Shown piece after piece: positions 27,178 to 39,419 of a DNA stretch of 64,000 bases. The position numbers were made by a program, and so were the translations under genes. The stretch's first letter is position 1, and each line of letters opens with the position of its first letter. The notes under the pieces were generated by a model. That model searched no databases. It was not told the DNA's origin and saw nothing but the letters and a program-made list of their open reading frames with translations. This DNA comes from Eledone cirrhosa (Eukaryota): contig OZ024744.1 in NCBI GenBank assembly GCA_964016885.1, forward strand, positions 6,386,001 through 6,450,000, written 5' to 3'.

Positions 27178-27181
<4 letters not shown>
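26957..27181. repeat. Inverted repeat with ~97-bp arms at the PLE 5' end
   Basis: GTATTGAAGTTTCC...CAATACAAT and ATTGTATTG...GGAAACTTCAATAC are separated by a ~30-nt spacer. Confidence 0.85.
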
Positions 27182-27210
<29 letters not shown>

Positions 27211-27289
27211 CGGATGTTCGTGAATATCTCAAACATGACATCTATAACTTTGAATGTAATATATATATGTGTATGTGTATAAATATGTA

Positions 27290-27383
<94 letters not shown>

Positions 27384-27386
27384 TAC

Positions 27387-27479
<93 letters not shown>

Positions 27480-27521
27480 CATGCATTTGTATGTACGTGT
27501 GTGTGTGTATAAATATGTATG

Positions 27522-27554
<33 letters not shown>

Positions 27555-27991
27555 ATATATCTATTTGTATGTACGTGTGTATGTGCACGTGAGTGAGTGT
27601 ATGAGAAATAGAGGGAAGTCTATATATCTAATTGTTTCTCCCAGCGATATTTACATTCCCATACATGAAACAAGCAGTATACAAGAACTAAAGTGATTGG
27701 ACTGGAATGTTTATATACGTATGGATGTTCTTAACACATTTTCATGTGCTTTAGTTAGCCCAAATAACGTGTGGCACTCTGCCAACATGACGCAAACTTT
27801 CGACACTTACCCATCAAATAACTTTTCGTCCTTTTACATTTTTCTCATTTTATTTACTAGTTTTTATTTGTAATTGTTTTACTTTTTTATCTTACCTTTT
27901 GTAAGATTAGAAGTGTTTACACCTATCATATATAAATATATACGTGCATGCGAGCTCATACATGAATCGAAATAAATTACATGTAAGAAAC

Positions 27992-28022
<31 letters not shown>

Positions 28023-28023
28023 G

Positions 28024-28205
28024 AAGGATGGTGAATTGGCAGTATCGGTAGAGGGTCGGACGCCATGACGCATAGAGTCACGTCCCTTGCCATCCTGAGT
28101 TCAAATCTCGCCGAGGTTAACTTTGCCTTTCATCCTTACGGGGTCGATAAAATAAAGTACCAGTAATGCACTGGATGCCAAAAGTAGAAACAATTATTAT
28201 TATTA
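28024..28205 (+). mobile_element. tRNA-derived SINE flanked by (ATT)n
   Basis: Head TGGCAGTATCGGTAGAG, B box GAGTTCAAATC, core, and tail GTAGAAACAATTATTATT. Confidence 0.85.
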
Positions 28206-28209
28206 TTGA

Positions 28210-31200
28210 AGGTGAAGCCGCGCTTCTTATCGGCTCCAGTATTTTTTTCAACAGTATACCTCGATTTCAACCGTTCTTAAGCTTTTATTCAAGTTTCAAA
28301 CTTGATAAAAGTTTAGAAGAAGTGACCCACCTTATACATGGGTTCACTCGTAAATAATACGGCACCCCTTTACTGGGTGTCGTAGTGTGTAAAAGTATTA
28401 TTTGAAAAAGTCTTTCAACATGGATAACACAAGAAAGAGAGAGAGCGTTGTCAGACAACACAGAGAGAGGGAGACTTTGTCAACATGTCAACAAGACAGC
28501 GTTCTTGTGAAGGTAAATATAAAAGAAAATATTACGAAGGAAAAGAGGAACAATATCATTTTTAATGATATTGTTACAGATTTAAAATGACCAAATATTT
28601 CTAACACAAACAACACCAACAATAACACCAACAACAACACCATAAATAACAACAGCAACAACAACACCACCACCAACAACACCATAAATAACACCAACAA
28701 CAACACCAACAACAACACCAACAACAACACATCAATAACAACAGCAACAAAAATAACAGCGGTAAAGTCGAGAACGACAATAACAATGATAATAACAACA
28801 GCCACAACAACAATAATAGTAGGAACAGTATCAACAGCCACAACAACAATAACAACAGCAACAGTATCAACGAAAACAACAACAACAACATCAATACCAG
28901 CAACAGCGATCTCAGCACCACCAACAAGACCAGTAACAGCAGTAGCGGCAGCAATAATGGTGCCGCTGAAAAAGGGGTCACTACTTTTTCAGGTGTCGCC
29001 CGAAATATCGAGACAGTGTTAGTCACAGAGGAGGAGATGGCAGTCGCAAGGGCCATGGTGACAAGAAGCGCCAATAGAGTCTCCCTGAAACCTCCACCCG
29101 ATTTTTTCAAGGACCATCAGTTACAGATGATAACTTACCGCATGTAAACAAAATGTCACATCGGGTGGGGAGAGCCACGGAGGCTCAAATCCAAAAGGCC
29201 TTGGGGTGCGTCTGGGTGCGCAAAACCCACATCACCCGCGGTAGAAAGTATGCCACAGTAGATACTTTTCACTACCCCCCAACAGGCGAAGTCTCACTCT
29301 TTGGAGATAGTCTTGGTGCCCTCCTGCTGCGTGCCCATACCTTGGCTGGCCGCGTCTGTCCTTGTTGGAATTGAGGACAGGACGAGCTTGCTGCAAGAAG
29401 AGAAAATATGGAGAGAGAACTGGTCAGGTATAGGCATGCAAATGCTAATACAAACTGATCAGGAATGTATCGAGGCTATCGTCGATGTCATAGACCTCGA
29501 GGAAGGACCCCAACTCTCAATAAGCGTGGAAGGAAGACGACCAAAATGTAATTTTGTGTGTCAAAGGGTCACCTCAGGACCTTTTGCTCGTAGAAGACAG
29601 CGAAGAAGGCCCCCCTCCTTCCAATGTCTGGTCCGCTGCTACCAATAGCAGGGCAGGCAATAAATGCAGAAGACCCTTCCCCGGTGAGTAGGAGGGCAAC
29701 ATCCGTGGCACCCGTACCAAAGCCACGGACAACTAAAACAGCAGCATCAGTGGCGGCAACACCAGTAACTACATTTGCAGTAGCTGCACCAGCAACAAAA
29801 TTGCCGGAGAGGGCTCCACTACCACCACCAACAGCCGTGGAGCACATACCCCTCCCAGACACCACGTACCCGACATGGAGTCTGAGGCGGGAGTGAAGTG
29901 GAAAACGGGCTTCCACAAAAAACAAAAAACAAAAACCCTTAGATTCACCCTCCAAACGCGAAGGCAAAAAAGAGGGGTAAAGGCTGCAAAGCGACTCACA
30001 GCAATACCACCACCATCACTACCAACAACCACCACACCACCACCACCAGCATCACCACAAACAATAGCATCGCAAACACAAGACAAACATAGCCAACAGC
30101 AGCAACAAGAAACCTGCAACCCCCCCCCCCCCCCATTACACAGCCATAAGCATGGCAAATAAAGAACTGTTAGAACATATAAAGCAGCACACAGACATTA
30201 CGGACAAAAATTACTACACTTCACCAACACCAAGAACTCTCTCGAAAAATATAAACATTATTGAAATTAAAATAGAATATTATAAACATTTAAAAGAAAA
30301 TTCCCCAACGCAGTTGGAGACTTCAGAGAGTCGGTTACCAAGAGGATATACACCGACATCCTCTTGGAGACACCCATGACCAGCCAAAGGGACGGTTCAA
30401 CTGTCCCTTTCCTACACGATCAGGGTAGGTGATCCTTTCTCACGTACTCCATTCCTCACCCAACATGACCTTACTTAGAATAGGCAGTATAAATGTACGT
30501 GGCCTGGGGTCAGCTTGGAAGCAGGGCCACCTGCTTAACGATCTCAGGTCACTAAATATAGATGTGGTGGCCATCAGCGATACCAGAATTTCAGAAGCAC
30601 GAGACTTCGCACCGATCTTCGGCGGCTACGATGTATACGCATCTCCCAGCCGTCCGGGAGCGGGGAGGAGTTGCTGTGCTTTTTCGGAGAGGCTTGGATC
30701 TCGCCATACGGGCCATCTTCCTGGACCCAGGAGGTAAGTCGGTGGTACTGGATGTGACAGGCAGCGAAGACAATGCTTTCAGGCTAGTAGCCGTCTACAC
30801 CCCAACAGGGGCATGACGGCCAGATTTCTTCAGACGTCTAGAGACCTTTCTTGGAACTTCCCGTTCTCTAGTGTTAGTGGGAGACTGGAACGGTATCTTG
30901 GATGCACACTGGGATTATGTGGAGCTAGTAAATAAGGGAGGAGGATGTAAAGGCATCATCAACCTGCTCACACGTTTTCAACTGTCTGACAGATATATAA
31001 TAGACTATCCGAATGTGCCAATGTGGACATAGGCAAACCGCATCGGCTCATCCAGATTGTATCTAGATAGGGTATTGTGTAGGGAAACAGGTAAGGCTAG
31101 CGTAGATTGTCCCCAATTTAAAGTAGTCGGCTACTCGGACTACAAATTTGTGATCTTTGAAGTCGACATAGATAGACTTCATAGACAAGGGCCCGGTTAC

Positions 31201-33975
31201 TGGAAGCTGAACGCGTCGTTCCCGGCGCGCAAAGCTCCCAGAGACCGGATTAGCGTATTAGTTAAGCGGGCGTTGACGGGAGCGGTCGTCAACAACAGGT
31301 GGTAGTTTGCCCTGTAAAGGGCAATTAAAGTAGAGTCGATTAGGTTTAACAAAGGAGTAGTGATATAGGAAAATAGAGTAGAGGGAGAGCTAGTCCGAAA
31401 GCTAGAAGAGGCGTTTAGGACAGGCATCGCAACCGACGTGCTTGCGGCAAGATTGGCACTCGACCAATTCTTCAATGCAAAGCACAAAGGCTGCGTTGTC
31501 AGAGCTAGAGCGCGTGCTCTGAGAAAAGTGGGGACAAAAACTGTCCAACGGGCACGTGTGGCGGAGGCGCGACGTGGCAACAAAACCACAATTCAATACT
31601 TGCCTGACCAAAACTGACACATGTTACTCGAACCCGAGCAGATGTGTGAGGCTTTCAACAGCACTTTGCTCAATTGTTCGGGGGCGGCGGCGGGCGAGAT
31701 CGGAGTATGAACTTCAGTGCATACCTCGAGGGACTGCCGCAGCTCTCTAGGACCGCAGTGCAGTATTGTGAAAGGCCGATAACAGCAGGTGAAATACGGG
31801 AAGCGATGTCTGACTGCCCGAGGGGTAAATCGCCAGGTTTGGATGGTCTGCACTACGAGTTTTATGCGTACATGCCAGACTTGTTCGGCGACCTCTTGGC
31901 AGATGTCTACTGCAACTGGCAGCAGAACGGGGGCATTCCTAGTTTTGTGAGCCAGGGAGCGGTGGCGCTGTTGAGAAAGGACCCGAACAAAGGGGACGTT
32001 ATAGACAACTTCAGGCCCATAACTCTGTTAAACACAGATTTCATGATTTTGGGCAAGATGTTAGGAACAAGATTGGCGCTTGTCGTCGGTAATCTGGTGG
32101 GAGAGGCGCAGACATGCGCCATTCCAGACAGATCCATCCACGACAACCTCCATCTCATGCGATACATCATAAAGAGGGTGGTTAAGGCACCTGGAACGGG
32201 TGGAGCCTGATCAACTTGAACCAATCTAAATAATTTGACATGGTCGACCATCGGTACCTGGCTGCGGTTCTCGAGGCGGTCGGCTTCAGGCCCGTTTTTA
32301 GGGGTTGGATCGCTGCGATGCACAGCGACATCGCCTCGATTGTGAGGGTAAATGGTCACCCGTCGCAGTCTTTCAGCATCATGGGCTCGTTCCGCCAGGG
32401 TTGCCCCCTCTCGTCCTTCTTGTACGTACTGGCCCTAAAGTCGTTACTTCACGAATTGGAGACGATGTGGGTGTCCCGCGCGAACTGGGATACGGGAGAT
32501 CCGTGTCAGCTTACGCCGACGACGTCACCGTAGTGGTGTCGAGCACCAAACACGTCCAGATGCTCGGCACCGCTCTCAAGGAATACGAAGCGGCAACAGG
32601 TGCAACGATAAACCAGGAAAAGTCGGTTGGCTTGCAACTCGGCACCTTGAGAGGCAAGTCTATACCGTCCGACAGCGTTGTGGGGCGCTGGGCGGAAGGA
32701 CCGGTTAAATTGCTCGGGGTCTGGTTCGGTCCGGACCTCCAGATGGAGAAAAACTAGAGCGAGGTGACGAGCAGGGTGGCCTCTCTCACCCAGAAATGGG
32801 TTGAGAGAAGGCTGTCTCTGAAAGGTCGGGCGGAAGTAGTGAATGCGTACATAGCATCCGTCATCTGCTACCGCCTCACCGTCGTACCTTTCCCCCGCCC
32901 AACGCTGACCAAAATGGAGCGCATTCTCTTCCGCATTTTGTGGAAGGGACGTGCTCCCATGGTCAGACGATCCATTTGCTGTCAACACCCGTTGCATGGA
33001 GGACTAGGCTGATGATGCGCAAATCTACGCTGAGGCTGCGACATCTCTGGTGCTTCCTTGACGGTGAACAGGTGTGGTCGCCGTTTGCCGACGCGCTTTC
33101 CCCAGCTCGTCTCCTTGACGGAGCTGCAGTCCTGGCTCAGGAAAAGACCGAGGGATAGCGCTTGGAAGCTGTAATGTCTCCAAGCGCTCACCGCTCTCTA
33201 CCAGCTGGGCACTAGTATCGGTGGAACACCCACCTCGGCATTCTATAGAGGGCTAATGGAGGGAAAGAGCGACGGCGTTCTAGGGGAGTCCCTGGGCGTC
33301 GAAAGCGATCAGTTGTTCGCTCTCTTTAAGAGAACTTTCAGACCGGGGCCTATGGACACCTTGCAGAAATCCCTGGCTTGGCAGAGCTACCGGGGAGCGG
33401 TGACGGTTTGGGATAAGCTCTACAGGCACGGAGGTGCTGTCAGCCGAGCCTGTCCGAGATACGCGCAGGGCGACGAAACCGTCCTGCACGCACTGGTTGA
33501 GTGCGCGAAGATTGCTGACTTGTGGAGCTATGTCAAACAGCTACTGTCGTGTGTAGGACGGATCCGGAGTTCATTGTGCAGATAGCCACGCCATCCACCT
33601 TTAAAGAGGAGGAAGGGAAGGCGGTTTTCATCTGCCTGGTGGCCATGGCAAAAGAGGTTGTGTGGTGGACAAGGTTGAAAAGGTTGAAGACGGACTCTTT
33701 CCTCTCCGGCCAATCCCTGATTAACTTTTTCAAGTTTCACTTGAAGAGGAAAATCAGGGTGGAGAGGCAAGTACTGTGTTCTAGTAAGTTTGTTGAAAGG
33801 TGGGTGAAAGTGGCGAGTCTCATCCGAGTGAACGGACCCACTCTGAGTATGCGCCTGTAGACTGAGGAGTGGGAAAAGTGAGAGAGGGTGCTTGCCCTGG
33901 TGGTCAGGTCGGCCGTGGTCTTTTGTGTGGTTTTCACCACGAGTGACCCTCAGAGGTTTCCCCCTGGTGTACTCT
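28210..33975 (+). mobile_element. Decayed Tx1-clade LINE of a related subfamily (ORF1 remnant about 28400-30400, ORF2 remnant 30464-33860)
   Basis: Fragments INVRGLGSAWKQ, GPGYWKLN, KSPGLDG, RQGCPLS and SAYADD are colinear with ORF2 at 16824-20258 but broken by many stops and frameshifts. The 5' boundary is approximate. Confidence 0.85.
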
Positions 33976-34112
33976 ATATAATATATATACAGTACCTAGT
34001 AGTGCTATATCTTGTATGTTGTATATATGTGTAAGTCCTGGGGTTTGGACTATGTATTTGTGTTTGCGGTTTTATAATTCATAGAGCACCTATTAATTGT
34101 TATTATTGTTTT

Positions 34113-34292
34113 TGGCAGTATCAGTAGAGGGTCGGACGCCATGCTTTCCAGCATAGTTACGTCCCTTTACGATCTGAGTTCAAATCCCGCCGAGCTTGAT
34201 TTTGCCTTTCATCCTTACGGGGTCGATAAAATAAAGTACCAGTAATGCACTGGGAAATTGCTGGCCTTGTGCCTAAAGTAGAAACAATTATT
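34113..34292 (+). mobile_element. tRNA-derived SINE
   Basis: Same head, core and tail as the other copies. Confidence 0.85.
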
Positions 34293-35622
34293 GTTTCTCT
34301 TTTAATTTTCCACATTTTTATTTCTAGATCTTCATATTTTGAGAGGTTCTCTATTTCCTTAAAAGATATATTGTCGTCTGTGCGGATTGATACATCTACT
34401 AGAAGGCATCTTTTTTCTATAATATCTGGTCGGTTGGCCTTGATCTCTTTGTCTGTATGTATTGGCATATCCCAGAGAATGGTTGCTTTGTCCATTCTCT
34501 GAAACATTTTTTGGTGTGTTTGTACCATCTTTTTTCTGTTGATATTTCATAATGCTGGCATAACTCTAAGTGTATGAAGGTCCCAACTCTACCATACCTG
34601 TGGATATCTTCTTTTTTTGGCAAGTACTGGGCATCCAGAGACTATATGGTTGATGGTGTCTTCCCTATCTCCACATATTCTACAGTTACTTATAGTGCTT
34701 TGTTTCATAATGTGCTTCTTGTAGTTTCTGGTGGGCAGACTCTGGTCCTACGTTGCAATTAGAAATCTTTTATTTCAACTTTTAGTCCTGTGTTTCGGAG
34801 TTAGTTTTGTGTGTTTTCTTTGTCTACTTCCTTTCTATTTAGTTCAATTTTTTGGCTTCCTTGAAGACCAAGAACAGTTTTTTGTTTTGTTTATATTTCG
34901 AGGCTATTTTATTAGCTTTTCTTTTTCTTATTAGGTATTTTTGTAGTCCTACAGTAGTTATTTTATAAGAGTTTTCTAGTTGCATGAGGCCCCTCCTCCC
35001 TGTGTTCTTGGTAGGTATAATCATTCTACGTCTGATTTTGGTTGGTGTATTCTATTTGCGGTCATTTTATTTTTCGTTGGGCGGTGGATTGGCAGTATCA
35101 GTAGAGGGTCGGACGCCATGCTTTCCAGCATAGTTACATCCCTTTACGATCTCAGTTCAAATCCCGCCGAGGTTGACTTTGCCTTTCATCCTTACGGGGT
35201 CGATAAAATAAAATACCAGTAATGTACTGGTTAATTGATGGCCTTGTGCCTAAAGTAGAAACAATTATTTTTATTGTTTTTCTAACTATTCCAGTTAGTT
35301 CTTTTAGTGTCCAGTTCAGAATGTTAAAGCTGTAGCTCATTACTGGGATTGCTAAAGTGTTGATGCCAATCACACTATTCTTTAAAATTAGTTCAGTTTT
35401 TAGTATTAACCTGATTCTTCTGTAGTATTATTTTCTAATCTTTTCTTCCATCTGTGTATGTTGAATCTTATCTAGTTCGTTGATTCCTAAGTATTTGTAT
35501 GTCTGAGTTTGATCTAGTTCTCTTATTTCTATTTCTTTATCTAACATGATATTAGTCCTTTTCACTAGTTTCCCTCTCTTCAGAGTTGCCTTGGCACATT
35601 TTTCTAGTCCAAATTTCATGAC
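34293..35622 (-). pseudogene. R4/Dong-like LINE fragment (family C), interrupted by a SINE
   Basis: MKFGLEKCAK...YKYLG, INTLAIPVMSYSF, GRRGLMQLE and the RLE motif ILWD...NRPDII...LVDVSI. Confidence 0.8.
35080..35270 (+). mobile_element. tRNA-derived SINE, full length, nested in the R4-like fragment
   Basis: GGCGGTGGATTGGCAGTATCAG...GTTCAAATCCCGCC...GCCTTGTGCCTAAAGTAGAAACAATT. Confidence 0.88.
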
Positions 35623-36139
35623 TATTTCTCAGCCATGGATTACTGTTTATCTTACAGGGAAGAGGGGGAACCCCCGTCAAAAAAGAAAATGTTATAAATA
35701 TTAAAAAAACAACATTTTGTCTCCCCCACCCTATACAAACTCCAAACAAACTGACACCGTACAATATATAACTACAACTCCAATTCAACCATTACCAGAA
35801 CCGTCACCAACACCCACACACCTACACTAAATACCAACAAAAAATGTAAAGTGTGACAAGAACATCATAAGCATAAATCACAGATAACCAACAACAGCTA
35901 AACACATACGCACAAATCTCGTGACAGTAAGGAGGTTGAAGGAAAATCTGTTGAAAACATAGAAACAAGAGAAGAATATATTAGCATCAGCCCCGTGAAA
36001 GTACCAGATACTCTGCAAAGATGGCAAATATCTGTATAGACTAATAAAGCTACGAGGGGGAGCTTCTTACATGACGTTGTCACTCTAAACATAAATGACA
36101 TCAGATATGAGTATGTGCGTATATATATATATGGGAACA

Positions 36140-36324
36140 TGTTCAAGACCCCGACGGCAGAGCTCCAGCCGTTTTGACGTCTATGTCCAGAAATAGCCGT
36201 CGAAACGGCTTGAGCTCTGCCGTCGGGGTCTTGAACAATTTCCTATTACCCACACTCTACTACCCTAAGTATTGAGTACTCTGGTGCGTTATGGTCCATC
36301 TGGTTCTTTATCATACTTCCTTCG

Positions 36325-36327
<3 letters not shown>
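36140..36327. repeat. Palindrome (36140-36237) plus PLE-type terminal sequence
   Basis: TGTTCAAGACCCCGACGGCAGAGCTC...GAGCTCTGCCGTCGGGGTCTTGAACA is followed by the terminus shared with 7660-7746. Confidence 0.75.
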
Positions 36328-36396
<69 letters not shown>

Positions 36397-36409
36397 ATAT
36401 ATATATATA

Positions 36410-37897
36410 TGCTGAATATTATAATGACGCACTTAGAAAAGCTGGTTACTGCGAGAAAATTGAATATCTAGACGATAACCACATAAGTACTATGAATAAA
36501 ACACATCTAAGTCGAACTAGTATTGCACCACACACACACATCAATAGGCATACTAACAGGTGCAAACCACCAAATAGAGTCAGACGTAGAGAGTACATAT
36601 GGTATAACCCCGTGTACAATTCTTCTATTAGCACTAAGATTATCTCACAATTCTATACACTAATCAATAAACACTTTACAACTTCACATAAATACTATAA
36701 AATCTTTAACTCGCGCACCATTAGACTCTCATACTCCACTGCACCTAACATAGAACAACTAATTAGAAAACTCAACTCAGCAATACTGAATAAGTACATC
36801 CCTAATGACTCAGCGCACCAGCATAGCAACATGCAACGCACTAACACGCAACCGCAACCCCACCAAACTATCCAGGATTCTACTGCAAAACATAAAAATA
36901 GTTGTAACTGCACCAAACCAGGTACGTGCCCACTGAATAACCAGTGCCTAGCACGCAATATTGTCTACCGGTGTACAATAAATTCCGGGACCAACAAATG
37001 GTATTACGTCGGATGTACCGCAACTTCTTTCAAGGCTCGCCTATACCAACATCGATCTTCGATCAGGCACGAGAAAATGCGCTCCGTAACAACCCTCGCC
37101 GATAAAGCCTGGCAGCTTCGGAGGAACGATCAAGCGTTCTCCCTTGATTGGCAAATTATTGCAGCTGCGCCTGCATATCAGCAAAATCATCGATTCTGCA
37201 AGTTATGCAATTTAGAGATATACTGCATTTTAACGTCGGTAAACAAACTTTTGAACAGCAAAATTGAACGTTCTCTATACTGTAACCATCGTTTGAAAAC
37301 GACTTTTTCTTTTTTTAAATGCATATAATGTTACCTTTTTACACCAACGTTTGCAAATTTCTGTCTTATATGTTTATACACTAGATATGGCTTTCTATAA
37401 TAATAGTACTAAACACTGTTTTTCTGGACCCCTTTAGAAATAACCTGCTACTATAATAGCCCTAATAACTTGTCTGTGACATTGTACCACTTTGACCCCT
37501 CTAACTAAATTTTGTCCGAACAACACCACTAGAAGTATCTACTTACCAGCCAACCTTAGCACGCCTCATTAAGCTAACTGCTGCCAAAACATTCTCTCTT
37601 CACAATCTCTACTAGTCTGACAGTCTTAAACCCTAAGACTCCCTCCACCTTACTCACTTCCCTCTTCCCCTTCTCTTCCTACCTCCTTCTTTATCTTTTA
37701 TCTAGTGTATAAAATATTTTCATATCATTCTAATACAAAGGTCTGATGACATGGTGTGGGCTTACAGTGTACTTTCGGTTTTTGATAATATTTGTGTATT
37801 ATTCAAATAGCGAGGTATAGGTAACTCATACACTATAGAAACAATTGTTACCTAATAAATTCTATATACCCGCATTTCCATTTCGTAAATTTTTTCT

Positions 37898-37900
<3 letters not shown>
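36410..37900 (+). mobile_element. 5'-truncated Penelope-like element (thumb + GIY-YIG to 37328, 3' UTR with HHR), flanked by (TA)n
   Basis: WYNP, CNC...CPL...C, IVY...YVG...FKARLYQH and CKLC...E...LLN. Confidence 0.88.
37739..37853 (+). ncRNA. Type I hammerhead with extended stem II in the PLE 3' end
   Basis: AGGT-CTGATGA-CATGGTGT...ACACTATA-GAAA-CAATTG-TT-ACCT. Confidence 0.8.
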
Positions 37901-37980
<80 letters not shown>

Positions 37981-38016
37981 AACCAAAGAAGCCTTCAATA
38001 CATCAAAAGTCTTTAT

Positions 38017-38058
38017 TAGCCAACAATGTTTCGTCCTATTAAGGATTCATCAGGGCAA
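38017..38058 (-). ncRNA. Minimal type I hammerhead
   Basis: Minus strand: GCC-CTGATGA-ATCCT TAAT AGGAC-GAAA-CATTG-TT-GGC. Confidence 0.75.
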
Positions 38059-38185
38059 GTAAAGCTATAAGAAGCACTAATTAATGGTGTATCTAATAGA
38101 ATTTCTACCCACTACTAATTTTCATAGAAAAAGCATATAACGATATGTGCTTTTACAATTCTCCAGAGAAGCCGGAAGATGGGTA

Positions 38186-38230
38186 AATATTGCTGATGAG
38201 ATGTAATAACATCGAAACTAGTCCAATATT
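38186..38230 (+). ncRNA. Minimal type I hammerhead ribozyme, unit 1
   Basis: AATATTG-CTGATGA-GATGT AATA ACATC-GAAA-CTAG-TC-CAATATT has perfect stems I and II, a palindromic stem III (ACTAGT) and a GUC cleavage triplet. Confidence 0.92.
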
Positions 38231-38654
38231 CCTGTCTGGCCCTCTGGAGAATAGAGGAAATGTGTTTCCTTGAAAACTCGTATGACTCTAAAACCCGGTC
38301 CGCCTGTGTGGTTACATACAGACTAGCTGACACTCACTGTAAAGTGTCTAGTGAAAAGCTGAGTACATGTACATATGTATACATGTGTGTATTTATATGC
38401 ATACTAATACTTCCGTATACATATGTAGATGTACACTTTAACTTAATTGTTTAAGCGTCAGTCATACAAAAGTGAGTTAGAAGCGAAACGAAATTTAATT
38501 TCGTTTCGTTATTTGTTTTTATCGTTTCCGCTGAACCGGTGCGTACAATGACTCACGTTCTATGCAAATTAGTCTACCCACTACTAATTTTCATAGAAAA
38601 AGCATATAACGATATGTGCTTTTACAATTCTCCAGAGAAGCCGGAAGATGGGTA

Positions 38655-38699
38655 AATATTGCTGATGAGATGTAATAACATCGAAACTAGTCCAATATT
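38655..38699 (+). ncRNA. Minimal type I hammerhead ribozyme, unit 2
   Basis: Identical to unit 1, offset +469. Confidence 0.92.
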
Positions 38700-39123
38700 C
38701 CTGTCTGGCCCTCTGGAGAATAGAGGAAATGTGTTTCCTTGAAAACTCGTATGACTCTAAAACCCGGTCCACCTGTGTGGTTACATACAGACTAGCTGAC
38801 ACTCACTGTAAAGTGTCTAGTGAAAAGCTGAGTACATGCACTTATGTATACATGTGTGTATTTATATGCATACTAATACTTCCGTATACATATGTAGATG
38901 TACACTTTAACTTAATTGTTTAAGCGTCAGTCATACAAAAGTGAGTTAGAAGCGAAACGAAATTTAATTTCGTTTCGTTATTTGTTTTTATCGTTTCCGC
39001 TGAACCGGTGCGTACAATGACTCACGTTCTATGCAAATTAGTCTACCCACTACTAATTTCCATAGAAAAAGCATATAACGATATGTGCTTTTACAATTCT
39101 CCAGAGAAGCCGGAAGATGGGTA

Positions 39124-39168
39124 AATATTGCTGATGAGATGTAATAACATCGAAACTAGTCCAATATT
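39124..39168 (+). ncRNA. Minimal type I hammerhead ribozyme, unit 3
   Basis: Identical to unit 1, offset +938. Confidence 0.92.
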
Positions 39169-39385
39169 CCTGTCTGGCCCTCTGGAGAATAGAGGAAATG
39201 TGTTTCCTTGAAAACTCGTATGACTCTAAAACCCGGTCCGCCTGTGTGGTTACATACAGACTAGCTGACACTCACTGTAAAGTGTCTAGTGAAAAGCTGA
39301 GTACATGTACATATGTATACATGTGTGTATTTATATGCATACTAATACTTCCGTATACATATGTAGATGTACACTTTAACTTAAT

Positions 39386-39419
<34 letters not shown>

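Larger units (their letters stand above)
23288..27181 (-). mobile_element. Penelope-like element: RT ORF 25341-26837, frameshifted GIY-YIG about 24745-25300, microsatellite-rich 3' UTR, pLTR with HHR
   Basis: N-terminal YSIKNIP, TLKDHK, QFDIVDFYP and GLYRDDGL; FKTRYYSH...CTLCISEK. 23288-23334 recurs at 27038-27084. Confidence 0.85.
38104..39386 (+). repeat. 469-bp tandem repeat (about 2.7 units), one HHR per unit; retrozyme/pLTR-like
   Basis: Units start at 38104, 38573 and 39042 and differ by only a few substitutions. Confidence 0.92.

Noticed and set aside
35080-35170. tRNA gene
   Set aside because: A/B-box-like motifs are present, but there is no clean cloverleaf and the sequence continues into the SINE core and tail in many copies.
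35625-36120. Possible ORF1 fragment of another LINE
   Set aside because: The composition is suggestive, but there are stops and no diagnostic motif.
38104-39386. CRISPR-like array
   Set aside because: Whole units are near-identical with no unique spacers, there are no cas genes, and the context is eukaryotic.
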